Shown: piece after piece, positions 45,701 through 53,923 of the stretch
Position numbering within the stretch: the stretch's first letter is position 1
Layout of the letters: each line of letters begins with the position of its first letter
Assembly (NCBI RefSeq): GCF_000142905.1
Contig: NW_013657666.1
Location: forward strand, 134,631-198,630
DNA length: 64,000 nt
Source: Thecamonas trahens ATCC 50062
Lineage: Eukaryota; Protista; Apusomonadida
Reading direction: 5' to 3'
Notes under the pieces: model-generated
Seen by the model: the letters and a program-made list of their open reading frames with translations, nothing else
The model's database searches: none
What the model was told of the DNA's origin: nothing
Made by a program: the position numbers and the translations under genes

Positions 45701-47083
45701 ATGCAGCCGCGCAAGCTCCTCGAGCTCTTTGTCTCGTCGATGACGGTGTACCAGCTCGCCCACCTGCCGCGGCTCGACGACGCCGGCCTTGTCCAAGTCA
45801 TTCCGCTCATTTCAGACGTGCAACTCTGGTCAATGGCGCGCGAGTTGGCAGTGGCCAAGCTCGAGCCGATCGCCAAGTACGCGACGCCGAGCCAACTGCA
45901 GACGCTCATCTCGTCGATTCCGCAGCGCAAGCGGAGGGCCTCGCTCCCAACCGACGTTCACATCTCGCTGCGCAACCCGGTGGCGTCGGCGTACTACATC
46001 CAGGACAACCAGTACTCGGGCTGGGAGCTGGCCATTGCCATCTCGCTCGCCGACTTTTGGCCGACCATGCGCGAGATCCTCTCGGTCCTCCTCCCACAGC
46101 ACCTTTTCTACATTGTGCCGGTGCTCTCCGACGAACAGCTCGCAGACCTCCTTGCTGTCGTCCACACCGAGCGCTTCCGCTCGGTCTCGCAGCGAATGAC
46201 GCCTTCGCAGCGCTCCAAGTTCCTTACTCCACTCCTCGCGTCGGTTCACGAGTGCGACGCCACGCTCGCCACCATCGAGGCGCAGATGGACGCGCTCGAG
46301 GCGGCGCTCGCCGGCCTCGACGTCGCCGCCCCCGAGTCGGCCACAGAGTGGCCGCGGCTCCGCACCCGGTTCTCCACCCTCACCGCACAAGTCCACAAGC
46401 TCGTCGGCAAGCTCCACAAGGTGGCGGCGACCGCAACTGACATTGACGGCCTCGCTGAGTCGATGGCCCGAGCCAACGCTGCCGCCCGCCGCACCGCCCA
46501 CCTCCCGTCGCGGCCCAACAACCTCGGGACGCTGCTCGAGAAGGTCAAGGGCGCGTTTGCCATGGCTGCCGCCCGCGACGCCGCCGCGCGTGGTGTCGAT
46601 GAGTCACGTCTGCCAGACTCGGAGCCGGCGTACATGATTGTCGGCGGCCAGTTTGGCCGGACCAACACCTCGATCAAGGAGCTCGGTCTCGCCTCGTTTG
46701 AGGAGCTCCCGGTCATCGGCCTCGATACGGTCGGCGACCTGCGGGCCAAGAACATCCACACCGATGTCGACCTCATGCGCTTTGTGGCCCAGCCCGCCGT
46801 CCAGGCCCTCCTCCAGCGCTACCGCCGCGACCGCGGCGTCCCGCTTGTTGTTGAGACCGAGCCGCCGCCCGAGCACGCCGCCCACCCGGTCCCGGCCCTC
46901 CCGCCGCCGCCCCTTGCCCCGCTTGCACCCTCGGCCGCCGCCGCACCAGCCCCCCAAGCCACCGGCGCGCCCGCACCAGCCCCGCACCCGGCCGCCGCGG
47001 GCCCGTCGCCCGGGCCCACTCCGATGCCAACCGCCGCCCGACCCGGAGGCTCGTCACCTCCGCCATCGTCAGGATTGGCATGA
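42788..47083 (+). CDS. Large hypothetical helical-repeat protein (~1430 aa)
   Basis: Uninterrupted ORF; Pro/Ser-rich ends; core of recurring [S/T]xxQL..L helices; C-terminal coiled coil. Confidence 0.7.
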   Translation: MTSRSSPPQLQAGVVGEATNMASNSSTNISPTPTAGAGPSAKSASKQPRSPPPQTPTETRKRKRSPPTPSTSPPPPTKCARPLRGGSSPSPTRALPDTPRAAAAALGSFATLAPLPSVATDSADVLPVQLRTLWNRFLAAHYFTSSHSVPAAVDGGPASTVTAGKAPRLTPTPGWLAVSSSAHGSDSAPGAAADSAGLVSPPQRSLGRASYSPVPHSPPHSPSLVSRAPSAAAAAAPISAAAAAAAAAHRAVAKSSHDVLGLKTLAERATPAQLDFCLRTQLLRPDHIITLFEHVPEPTKAQVLEDILAKAPTVPLASASQADSPSGSASGSASGSASGSASGSVSSSLSPELVFMTESDSDDPEATLALASASQEQSLVQALPSLSPLETLVAVAALSSVICVEFGKAIVARLSRGQVRMALPLMSETLVVALGDLALGRAPPPPGTQVKWSMTELEQFVPLMSVEQLLVLTAHAATTKSKLPLDVVLSSASAAQLRALASLTYKLMHPYYGKPAAAGRVTLDDVRALAGAFDDLRKANNRRAQLLQVQGTGIHTLGSAMAASRVPPLPPPPPTDERPVVDLPALAVHLLLAADDAGAAVRLPVDATVLASLAGVLLANFWSLSRATQRQVVQLLDRPGLENVIGNVPWHVAAVYSLLTPLQRNSFVCLIAPKRDMLHYHALRKDESAAILRSTSYLELAHWIESASQPELGVLVASMSIYQLRAVLPIMSCGQLRSALPSLSPTGLESLGRFAAKGRFLADLHTQLLSPAEALVVVGSFDLEQTILALTLFSNDSTQLATASNGLGWPPLVKRNLFAGLSALPVGHIKDALVAYALPHYMVEAWMRRIEPSAVDAFLDEFVSEEEVWDLVLSPSFGSRAEFEDKVFKSSFLQLVLAARVGVLTPELLAREVSLSIPLLDRLELVLFTSPEARKIVVRMLPTNHLRKALFALTEDTRPHSSPYSKLARKLMQPRKLLELFVSSMTVYQLAHLPRLDDAGLVQVIPLISDVQLWSMARELAVAKLEPIAKYATPSQLQTLISSIPQRKRRASLPTDVHISLRNPVASAYYIQDNQYSGWELAIAISLADFWPTMREILSVLLPQHLFYIVPVLSDEQLADLLAVVHTERFRSVSQRMTPSQRSKFLTPLLASVHECDATLATIEAQMDALEAALAGLDVAAPESATEWPRLRTRFSTLTAQVHKLVGKLHKVAATATDIDGLAESMARANAAARRTAHLPSRPNNLGTLLEKVKGAFAMAAARDAAARGVDESRLPDSEPAYMIVGGQFGRTNTSIKELGLASFEELPVIGLDTVGDLRAKNIHTDVDLMRFVAQPAVQALLQRYRRDRGVPLVVETEPPPEHAAHPVPALPPPPLAPLAPSAAAAPAPQATGAPAPAPHPAAAGPSPGPTPMPTAARPGGSSPPPSSGLA
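43763..43820 (+). repeat. 12-nt tandem repeat TCGGGTTCGGCC (SGSA)n
   Basis: About five consecutive copies. Confidence 0.9.
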
Positions 47084-47151
47084 GGGTAAAGACCTGTTCC
47101 CCCAACCCAGTGCAATGACATTGCCGGCATTCCTCTCGGTTGCCGCGAAAC

Positions 47152-47640
47152 ATGCCGGCTGCCTACGACGCCAAGGACTGGATCAAGCTAGCCGTCAAGG
47201 TGCGCAGCCGTGATGGATCGGTCCTCCCCGTAGTCTTTCCCAAGATTGCCCTTGTCTTTGCCATCTGCATGGTCATCCTCATCGTCAATGAGACCATGTT
47301 CTACAAGGTACGCAGTGCCGGTACCGGTGGCGTGTCATGGCTGCCTCCCCCCCCTCCCCCCCGCCATCCCCCCCCCCCTCCCCACCACCACCACCACCCA
47401 CCCACCCACGCACACGAACAGGTGCACACCCCCAGCCCATACCTGGTATAGCTTGTGCTCATAGCTTGTCCCCATCTCCTCTTCCCCCTCTCCCCACCTG
47501 CCTCCACCCCCCGCCAATGGTGCCATCATACAGTCCCCTCNNNNNNNNNNNNNNNNNNNNNNNNNNNNNNNNNNNNNNNNNNNNNNNNNNNNNNNNNNNN
47601 NNNNNNNNNNNNNNNNNNNNNNNNNNNNNNNNNNNNNNNN

Positions 47641-47678
<38 letters not shown>

Positions 47679-48860
47679 TATATACATACACAGGGGAAAG
47701 CTAAGACGGGACTGGTCATGCCCGACACGGCGCACACGCTGCTGGCATCGACACTCGGTTTCCTCCTAGTGCTCCGGACCAACATCTCCCTCTCGCGCTA
47801 CCGTGAGGGTCGCGGCCATCTTGGACGGACGGCTCACGATCTGCGCAACTTTTCGCGACAGACGGCACACTACCTTGGACGAGTCAACGAGGGTGCCGCG
47901 GCGCGGGTCTGCCGCTACTGCAAACTGTTCTTCTCGCTGACGCGGATGCATCTGCGGAAGGAGAACGACTTTGACAATCCCGAGCTGCTCAATCCGGCAC
48001 TGTACACCCGCGAGGAGATCAACGAGCTGCGCGACCTCAAGCGTCGGCCGCTCAAGGTGTTGGGCTGGATTGACTCGTTTCTCCGCCAGCTCCGCGACTC
48101 GAACCAGATCACCGAGCTGGAGGAGCTGCACATCGACCGGCACCTCGAGTCGCTGACAGGCGTCTTTGCAGCGCTAGTCAAGGTCCAGACGCTGCAGCTC
48201 CCGTTCCCGTACGCGCAGCTGCTGTGGTACTTTCTGGCGCTGTATGTCTACACCCTGCCGTTTGTGCTTGTCAAGTTCTACGGCTGGTACTCGCCCATTC
48301 CGGCCTGTTTTGTTGCCCTCGTCCTGTTTGGCATCAACTCGGTCGGAAACGAGCTCGAAGATCCGTTTGGCGACGACGTCAACGACCTCGAGGTCGATGC
48401 CATTGAGCAGTCGGTCCACGACGACATCGACTGGTACCTCGCGCTCGGCGTGGCCGATGAGGGCATGCCCAAGACGCTCCCGCTCATCATCAAGGATCTG
48501 AAGAAGGGCGGAACAAGGTTTGCCAACCTCGACAAGCCCATGCCTGTTGAGCTCAAGTCGTCCGAGGAAGGCGCAACCGACGACTTTGACGGCGTCATCG
48601 TCGGCCGCCCCGATGACGACGGCTACCATCACCAGCGCGTCGGCCACAAGCTCGTCGACGGCGAGTACAAGCACATTGACGACTACGGCGTCGACGTCGG
48701 TGACAAACGTGCCCGTCGCAAGCGCCGCAGCAAGGCCAAGGCCAAGTCCAAGTCCAAGTCCAAAAAACCGGTCAAGCTTGATGATGTCTTTGCCACCCCG
48801 CAGGCAGAGGTGGCCCGCGATGCAAGCTCCAAGCTCGAAGAGTCGTCGAGCACGTGGTGA
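47152..48860 (+). CDS. Bestrophin (YneE/RFP-TM type) anion channel; intron 47308..47693 spans a gap
   Basis: LGFLLVLRTN.S..RY.EGR, LPFPYAQLL, GNELEDPFGDDVNDL; phase-0 GTACGC...CACAG splice. Confidence 0.9.
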
Positions 48861-48951
48861 CCACCCAGATGGATTGAATTTGCAATTGCAAACTGCGGAG
48901 AGCAGCAGCGGCATGAGGGGCGGGTGAGACAGAGGTATGCGTAGCGGCGAC

Positions 48952-49075
48952 AAAAAAAAAAGATATGCTCTGACGCCTCCGATGAACGGAGCGCAATTCT
49001 CGTCCTTCGTCAAGGGAGTTGCCGACGAGCTCTCCATGGCACTGCTCCCCGCGTGATGCGGGAGGCCTGTGAGTG
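48952..49075 (-). ncRNA. Candidate structured small RNA ending in a U-run (U6atac-like core)
   Basis: Three hairpins plus a T10 run; GGAGAG-N6-GGC followed by an ISL-like CUCCCUUGACGAAGGACGAG. Confidence 0.3.
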
Positions 49076-49209
49076 TCCAAGAATGCCCGTGCTGTCTCTG
49101 AATGTTAAATTTGGAACGACCCAAGACTTGGGAGAGAAAGTGCGGCGAATGTTGTATTGGAGTGGGCCCACGTCGTGCCGCTCACAGAATGGGTTTGGTT
49201 GCACCAAAT

Positions 49210-51441
49210 TCACCCGAGCACCGAGTGCAGCGCCGAATGTAGGTCGAGCGCCTGCAGCCTCGCATTGCTGTGGTCAACAACAACGACAGCAGCGGCATGC
49301 CGCCCTCCGACTACCAGGTCGATGGGATTGACAAAGAGGCCCGGTGCCGTCCCGTGGCCGCCGAATCGCACGCTCTTGCCGGACGCCAGCTCGCACGCCA
49401 CCACGCAGTGGCTGGTGTAGTCGGCAACAAGCAAATAGCGCTGGCCGAGGAGGCCAAGGCCGGCCGGCGAGACCAGATCAAGACCAGCAAGCTGGGCGTG
49501 GAGAGCGTGCGCGGTGCCGTCCATGTTAAAGGCGAGGATGCGGCCACCGGCCAGATCGCTAACAAGCAGCGCCGGTGTGGCAGCGCCCGAGGCGGCCTCG
49601 GCGTCGCCGGCGCCGAGCCAGGCGAGGCCAAACGGCCGCCGCAGCTCGGTTCCGCTCACGGCCAGGCCGCTGATCTTGTGGGAAAAGAGGCCCGAGCTAT
49701 CAAACAGCTGGATTCGTGCGTTGCCCGAGTCGGCGATGGCAAGCGTGCCCGAGCCGTCAGGCAAGAGCAGGACGCCTTGCGGCGACGCGAGCTCACCGTT
49801 GCCCGAGCCAGGCGAGCCCCAGACGTGCTCGACGTCGCCGCTCTCGCGCGAGAGAACCCACACGCAGTGGCAGCCAGAGTCCGAGACGTAATAGCGGCTT
49901 TGATCGAGGGCGACGCCGGTCGGCGCACGCAGCGCCCCGCCGCCGTCAACAGTGCCGAGAAACACGCCGTAAGGATCAAGGACTACGAGTCGGCTGTTGT
50001 CCTTGTCGGCGAGGACTAGATTGCCGGTCACAGCATCACAAGCAATGCCCGCAGGCGCACGGAACTGACCGAGTGCCCGGCCGTACTTGCCCCACACCTT
50101 GCGCGGGCGAACAACGTCGATGCGCCTGCGGCCCGGTGACTGGCCGTCAGGAACGAGCGTGGTGGGCCCAGCGTGCGAGAGTGGGGCATGGGGCGCAGAC
50201 GATGATGCCGGTGATGGGGCGACGCGGTGGCTTGGCGATCGGAACGACGGCTCGTGGGGCTCTCGAGGGTGTGCGGCGAGCTGCGCGGCCGCCTGTGGCG
50301 CACTTGTCGGCGGGAGAAGGGCACCTAGCGAAGCGATGGCCGTGACTGCCGGAGTCGGATCCAGGGCGAGAGTGAACTGCGTGTCGGCGCTTGTGCCGAC
50401 GTCGACTGCGGCCTCAGTGGCGAGCAGAGTGTCGGCACGAGCGGTCATCGATGGCGCAAGGGCAAGGAGCTCCGGCGGATTAGCCTGCTCAAGGGCGAGT
50501 CCGAGAAAGGCTGCCGCAGACGCAGCCCGGGCGTGGCTTTGCATGGCGTCGTGATGGGCGGCGGCAAGAGTGGAGGCGCGTGCAGCGCGCTGGCTCTCGA
50601 GCTCGCGGATGAGCGCTGACTTGCGGGCGACGAGCGCCTCAAAGACGGCGTCAAAGGCAAGGTCAATGGCGGTGACAGCCTGGCCTGCCGAGGCGGTGAG
50701 GCGGTCCTGGGCCGCGGTCGCTGTGTCTGCACACGCGCTAAAGGCGTTAGCAAGGGCAAACAGCTCGCCGCGGAGGCCGACCAGGGCCGACGCCGTGTCG
50801 CCGGCAGCCTCATCGACCGGGCGGACATCGCAGCCGCGGTGGGCGCCGACGACGCAGAGCGAGCACACCAGCTCACTGCACGAGTAGCAGTACAGCTCAA
50901 GCGGGAGCGGGCCGGCTGCGGAGCGCGGGAGCGGCGGCGCGTTGTCAGCGTCGCTCGGCTGGTGCCGTCCGCAGAGTGCCGGAGCGTGGACGGGAGGCAG
51001 ATCGTCGGAGTGGAGGACGGCAAGGGTATGCCGGCCTGTGGCGGCGGCGGCAGCATGGGCACGGGCGTGGGTCTCGCAGAGCAGATACGCGCACTGCGAG
51101 CAGGCGTAGCTGGCGGCAGCCGACGGCGGCGGGGCAGCCAGCGGCGGCTTGGCTCGATCAGGGCCGGTCAGAGGCGGCGGCGGGCAGCAAACGGCACAGG
51201 GCGGCGGAGTAGGTGAGGCCGGGCCAGCCGCCAAGGCAGCACGAGTCAGGACATTGGCCACCAGGAGATTGCGCGGGAGATCGCCAGCAGCAGCGCCTGG
51301 CGGGAGAGCGGCGGTGCAGACCGGACACGGGCCCGAGGCAGCGCAAGATGCGCAAGCGGTGTGCAGGCACGGCAGCAGCCGTGGGTCGCGGTACGGCGCC
51401 CCGCATCCTGCGCAAGTCGTTCGGAATGCAGCCTGGGCCAT
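49210..51441 (-). CDS. TRIM-NHL protein (RING, B-box1, B-box2, coiled coil, NHL repeats)
   Basis: CAGC..DPRLLPCLHTACASC..CPVC; CAVC..CSQC..LCETH..H..H; CGRH..LYCYSC..VCSLC..H; NHL repeats GQFRAPAGIACD, GELASPQGV, GLFVNPIDL. Confidence 0.9.
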   Translation of the reverse strand: MAQAAFRTTCAGCGAPYRDPRLLPCLHTACASCAASGPCPVCTAALPPGAAAGDLPRNLLVANVLTRAALAAGPASPTPPPCAVCCPPPPLTGPDRAKPPLAAPPPSAAASYACSQCAYLLCETHARAHAAAAATGRHTLAVLHSDDLPPVHAPALCGRHQPSDADNAPPLPRSAAGPLPLELYCYSCSELVCSLCVVGAHRGCDVRPVDEAAGDTASALVGLRGELFALANAFSACADTATAAQDRLTASAGQAVTAIDLAFDAVFEALVARKSALIRELESQRAARASTLAAAHHDAMQSHARAASAAAFLGLALEQANPPELLALAPSMTARADTLLATEAAVDVGTSADTQFTLALDPTPAVTAIASLGALLPPTSAPQAAAQLAAHPREPHEPSFRSPSHRVAPSPASSSAPHAPLSHAGPTTLVPDGQSPGRRRIDVVRPRKVWGKYGRALGQFRAPAGIACDAVTGNLVLADKDNSRLVVLDPYGVFLGTVDGGGALRAPTGVALDQSRYYVSDSGCHCVWVLSRESGDVEHVWGSPGSGNGELASPQGVLLLPDGSGTLAIADSGNARIQLFDSSGLFSHKISGLAVSGTELRRPFGLAWLGAGDAEAASGAATPALLVSDLAGGRILAFNMDGTAHALHAQLAGLDLVSPAGLGLLGQRYLLVADYTSHCVVACELASGKSVRFGGHGTAPGLFVNPIDLVVGGRHAAAVVVVDHSNARLQALDLHSALHSVLG

Positions 51442-51761
51442 GGCGACCCGTGGCGTGGGGGTGGGGGTGGGGGTGGGGGTGGGGGTGGGGGGTTGGGGGG
51501 GGGGGGGGNNNNNNNNNNNNNNNNNNNNNNNNNNNNNNNNNNNNNNNNNNNNNNNNNNNNNNNNNNNNNNNNNNNNNNNNNNNNNNNNNNNNNNNNNNNN
51601 NNNNNNNNNNNNNNNNNNNNNNNNNNNNNNNNCCTACGCGGGGGGACGACAAACCAGGGGGTGTCATGGTGGAGGCATCGGAGACGTGGACGGTATATGG
51701 GTGACTTGCTGAGGTGGTGATGGGCCTGATCTGGGCATCTGGGCTGTGATGGTGGAGAATG

Positions 51762-52823
51762 CTACTGAGGAGGTGGGGAGGGTGGCGAGGGTGGCGAGGG
51801 AGCGGACTTGGGCATGATGCGAACCTGGTACCGGTCGCCTGAGGCTGATGTGACCACCGAAGTGTGGATGGGGGCGACGGCCGGGCTGTTGTCGTAGCCG
51901 TGGTGGCTGTCGTGGTCGTGGTCGTGGTCGTGGCAGTTGTGGTGGTGGTGATCGTGGTGATGATGGTCGTGGTGATGATGGTCGTGGTGATGATGGTCGT
52001 GGGGCCGATGGTCGTGGGGCCGATGGTCGTGGGGCCGATGGTCGTGGGGCCGATGGTCGTGGGGCCGATGGTCGTGCGCGTGGTGGTCGTGCGCATGGTG
52101 GTCGTGCGCATGGTGGTCGTGTGCATGGTGGTCGTGCGCATGGTGGTCGTGCGCGTGGTGGTCGTGGTGACGGCTACACCCCCCAGACTGACTACCAAAC
52201 ACATCATCCAGCCACGATCGTGGTGCGTACTTGTGCTCGGGTGCAGCGCCGACGCACTCGCCATCATGGCACACCTCGTCGTCGTCGCAGAGGACCGAGC
52301 GCTCGCGGAGCCGACAGTCCACGTCGGGCGCGCCGCAGCCACAATCGCAAGCCATGCCATCACCGTAGTCCTCGTGCGGACAGTGCCATGCCGGCGGAAC
52401 AATGCATTGGGCGACGCAGCGGCCCTCGCCGACGTCAGCGCTGCCGCCTCCGCCGCCGCTCCGGCCATCGCCGACGTCAGCAGCCGGCGGCAGGCAGCCA
52501 GCGCACGGCAGGCCGCAGTCGACAGCCCACAGCATAAACGAGCCGGCATCGCCATCGGATACACCCGCGCCATCATCACCGCTAGCGCCATCGCCAACGC
52601 CACCACCATTGCCCGGCAGCGGGCAATCGATGTCCCATCCCCCACACCGGCAGTGGCACACTCCGTCGCCGTAGGCGTCGGCCCGGCAGTGCCAGCCCAC
52701 GGGCAGCGACTGCTCCTGGGCCTCTTCCGCAGCTGCAGCTGCAGCCAGTGCCAGTACAGCCACAGCCGCAGCTGCAGCTGCCACTTGCACGGCCATCTGC
52801 CTTGCCATCGCCTTGCTTCGCAT
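51762..52823 (-). CDS. Secreted Cys-rich protein with His-rich pentapeptide tail
   Basis: Signal-peptide-like Ala/Val stretch; two P..WHC....YGDG..C.C.CG..D.DC modules; (HDHHA)n(HDHRP)n(HDHHH)n. Confidence 0.75.
   Translation of the reverse strand: MRSKAMARQMAVQVAAAAAAVAVLALAAAAAAEEAQEQSLPVGWHCRADAYGDGVCHCRCGGWDIDCPLPGNGGGVGDGASGDDGAGVSDGDAGSFMLWAVDCGLPCAGCLPPAADVGDGRSGGGGGSADVGEGRCVAQCIVPPAWHCPHEDYGDGMACDCGCGAPDVDCRLRERSVLCDDDEVCHDGECVGAAPEHKYAPRSWLDDVFGSQSGGCSRHHDHHAHDHHAHDHHAHDHHAHDHHAHDHHAHDHRPHDHRPHDHRPHDHRPHDHRPHDHHHHDHHHHDHHHHDHHHHNCHDHDHDHDSHHGYDNSPAVAPIHTSVVTSASGDRYQVRIMPKSAPSPPSPPSPPPQ
51910..52170. repeat. 15-nt minisatellite encoding HDHxx pentapeptides
   Basis: Blocks of atggtcgtggggccg, atggtggtcgtgcgc and atggtcgtggtgatg units. 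Confidence 0.92.
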
Positions 52824-52961
52824 GCTGCTGTCGAGTCAGGTGTCGGCTCCCCGGCCAATAGTCCCGGTCCCGGCGGCTGCCCGCCCTTCACGAACACTCC
52901 AAGCGACCACACACGCGCCCGTTGATGGCGACAAAGGGAATTTACAATTGCAGGCACAGGG

Positions 52962-53681
52962 CTATCGGAAAGCGCGGGAGGTATCGCTGACCCTACGCGG
53001 CGAGGCGGAGGCAGCGGACGGGCCACGGCCCTGGGCGGCCTTGCGCGAGGAGAGCCGGCGCCTGCCGCGCGACGAGGCCGCCGTCGCCGATCCACTGGGA
53101 GAGGCAGCTGCGCCGCGGGGGCCGCCGGCGCGCGATGGAGTGCGAAGGGCGGTGCGCGAAGGCGTGCGGATAGCCGAGCGTGACGGGGTGCGGGCAGCCG
53201 AGCGCGAGGCCGAGCGCGAGGCAACAGTGCGGGGCGGGGCGCGCGAGGGCGGGCGAGCGGCGGCTAGGCGGGCCGAGGGCTGGCCTGCGCGCGAGCGTTC
53301 CTTGGCGCGCGAGAGGTTGTAGCAGCCCGAGTCGATGGCGATGGGCTGGACAACAAAAAGGCCGTCGAGCGGGCCAGCGCGGCGGCGCTCCTTGGCGGCC
53401 TCCTCCTCGGCCTTGCGGCGCTCTTCCTCCTCCTCGCGGCGCTTGGCCTCTGCAATCGACGCCTGCCGCTTTGTGTTGTACCGCTCCAGCGCTCGCTCAA
53501 ACGGGGTCGATGTCTCCGGATACAGCGCTGCGTGCAGCTCGTCCACCTCGTACTCGCCCGTCGGCAGGTTGAGCGCCCGCCGGTGCTCGCCTGCCGAGGC
53601 CTGCCACTGCTCGAAAGACGGGAGCGAGAGCGCCTCGTGCCCGGACGCCTCCGACTCGGCCTCTGACCGGGTGTCTGTCAT
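52962..53681 (-). CDS. Hypothetical protein with charged helix and basic Ser/Arg-rich tail
   Basis: ATG after C-rich leader (MTDTRSEAE); KRREEEERRKAEEE helix; no recognised domain. Confidence 0.55.
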   Translation of the reverse strand: MTDTRSEAESEASGHEALSLPSFEQWQASAGEHRRALNLPTGEYEVDELHAALYPETSTPFERALERYNTKRQASIAEAKRREEEEERRKAEEEAAKERRRAGPLDGLFVVQPIAIDSGCYNLSRAKERSRAGQPSARLAAARPPSRAPPRTVASRSASRSAARTPSRSAIRTPSRTALRTPSRAGGPRGAAASPSGSATAASSRGRRRLSSRKAAQGRGPSAASASPRRVSDTSRAFR

Positions 53682-53923
53682 GGGGGCGGGTGGGGTTCCG
53701 TGAGGGGGGAGGGGGGAGGGGGGGAGGGAGGGGGAGGGGTGCGGTGGAGCAGTCGGTGTCGTCGTCGTGATCGCCGTGCCTCCCTCGGTCCGTGGCGGGT
53801 GGCGGGCGGTTGTTGGCGCGACGGGTGGCTGGCCGTTTGGGCGCGACGGGGGGTTGCCCGCCCGGGGCGCCATCAGGCAACCGATGGGACAATCATGCTG
53901 GCGACTTCATGTAGGGCGATTGG

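Noticed and set aside
49100-49140. Canonical U6 snRNA on the plus strand
   Set aside because: AAATTTGGAACGA is not followed by the TACAGAGAAGATTAGC core
51864-52925. Val/Met-rich plus-strand ORF, and the 15-nt array as a possible CRISPR
   Set aside because: Antisense of the His-rich gene; repeats are contiguous with no unique spacers and there are no cas genes
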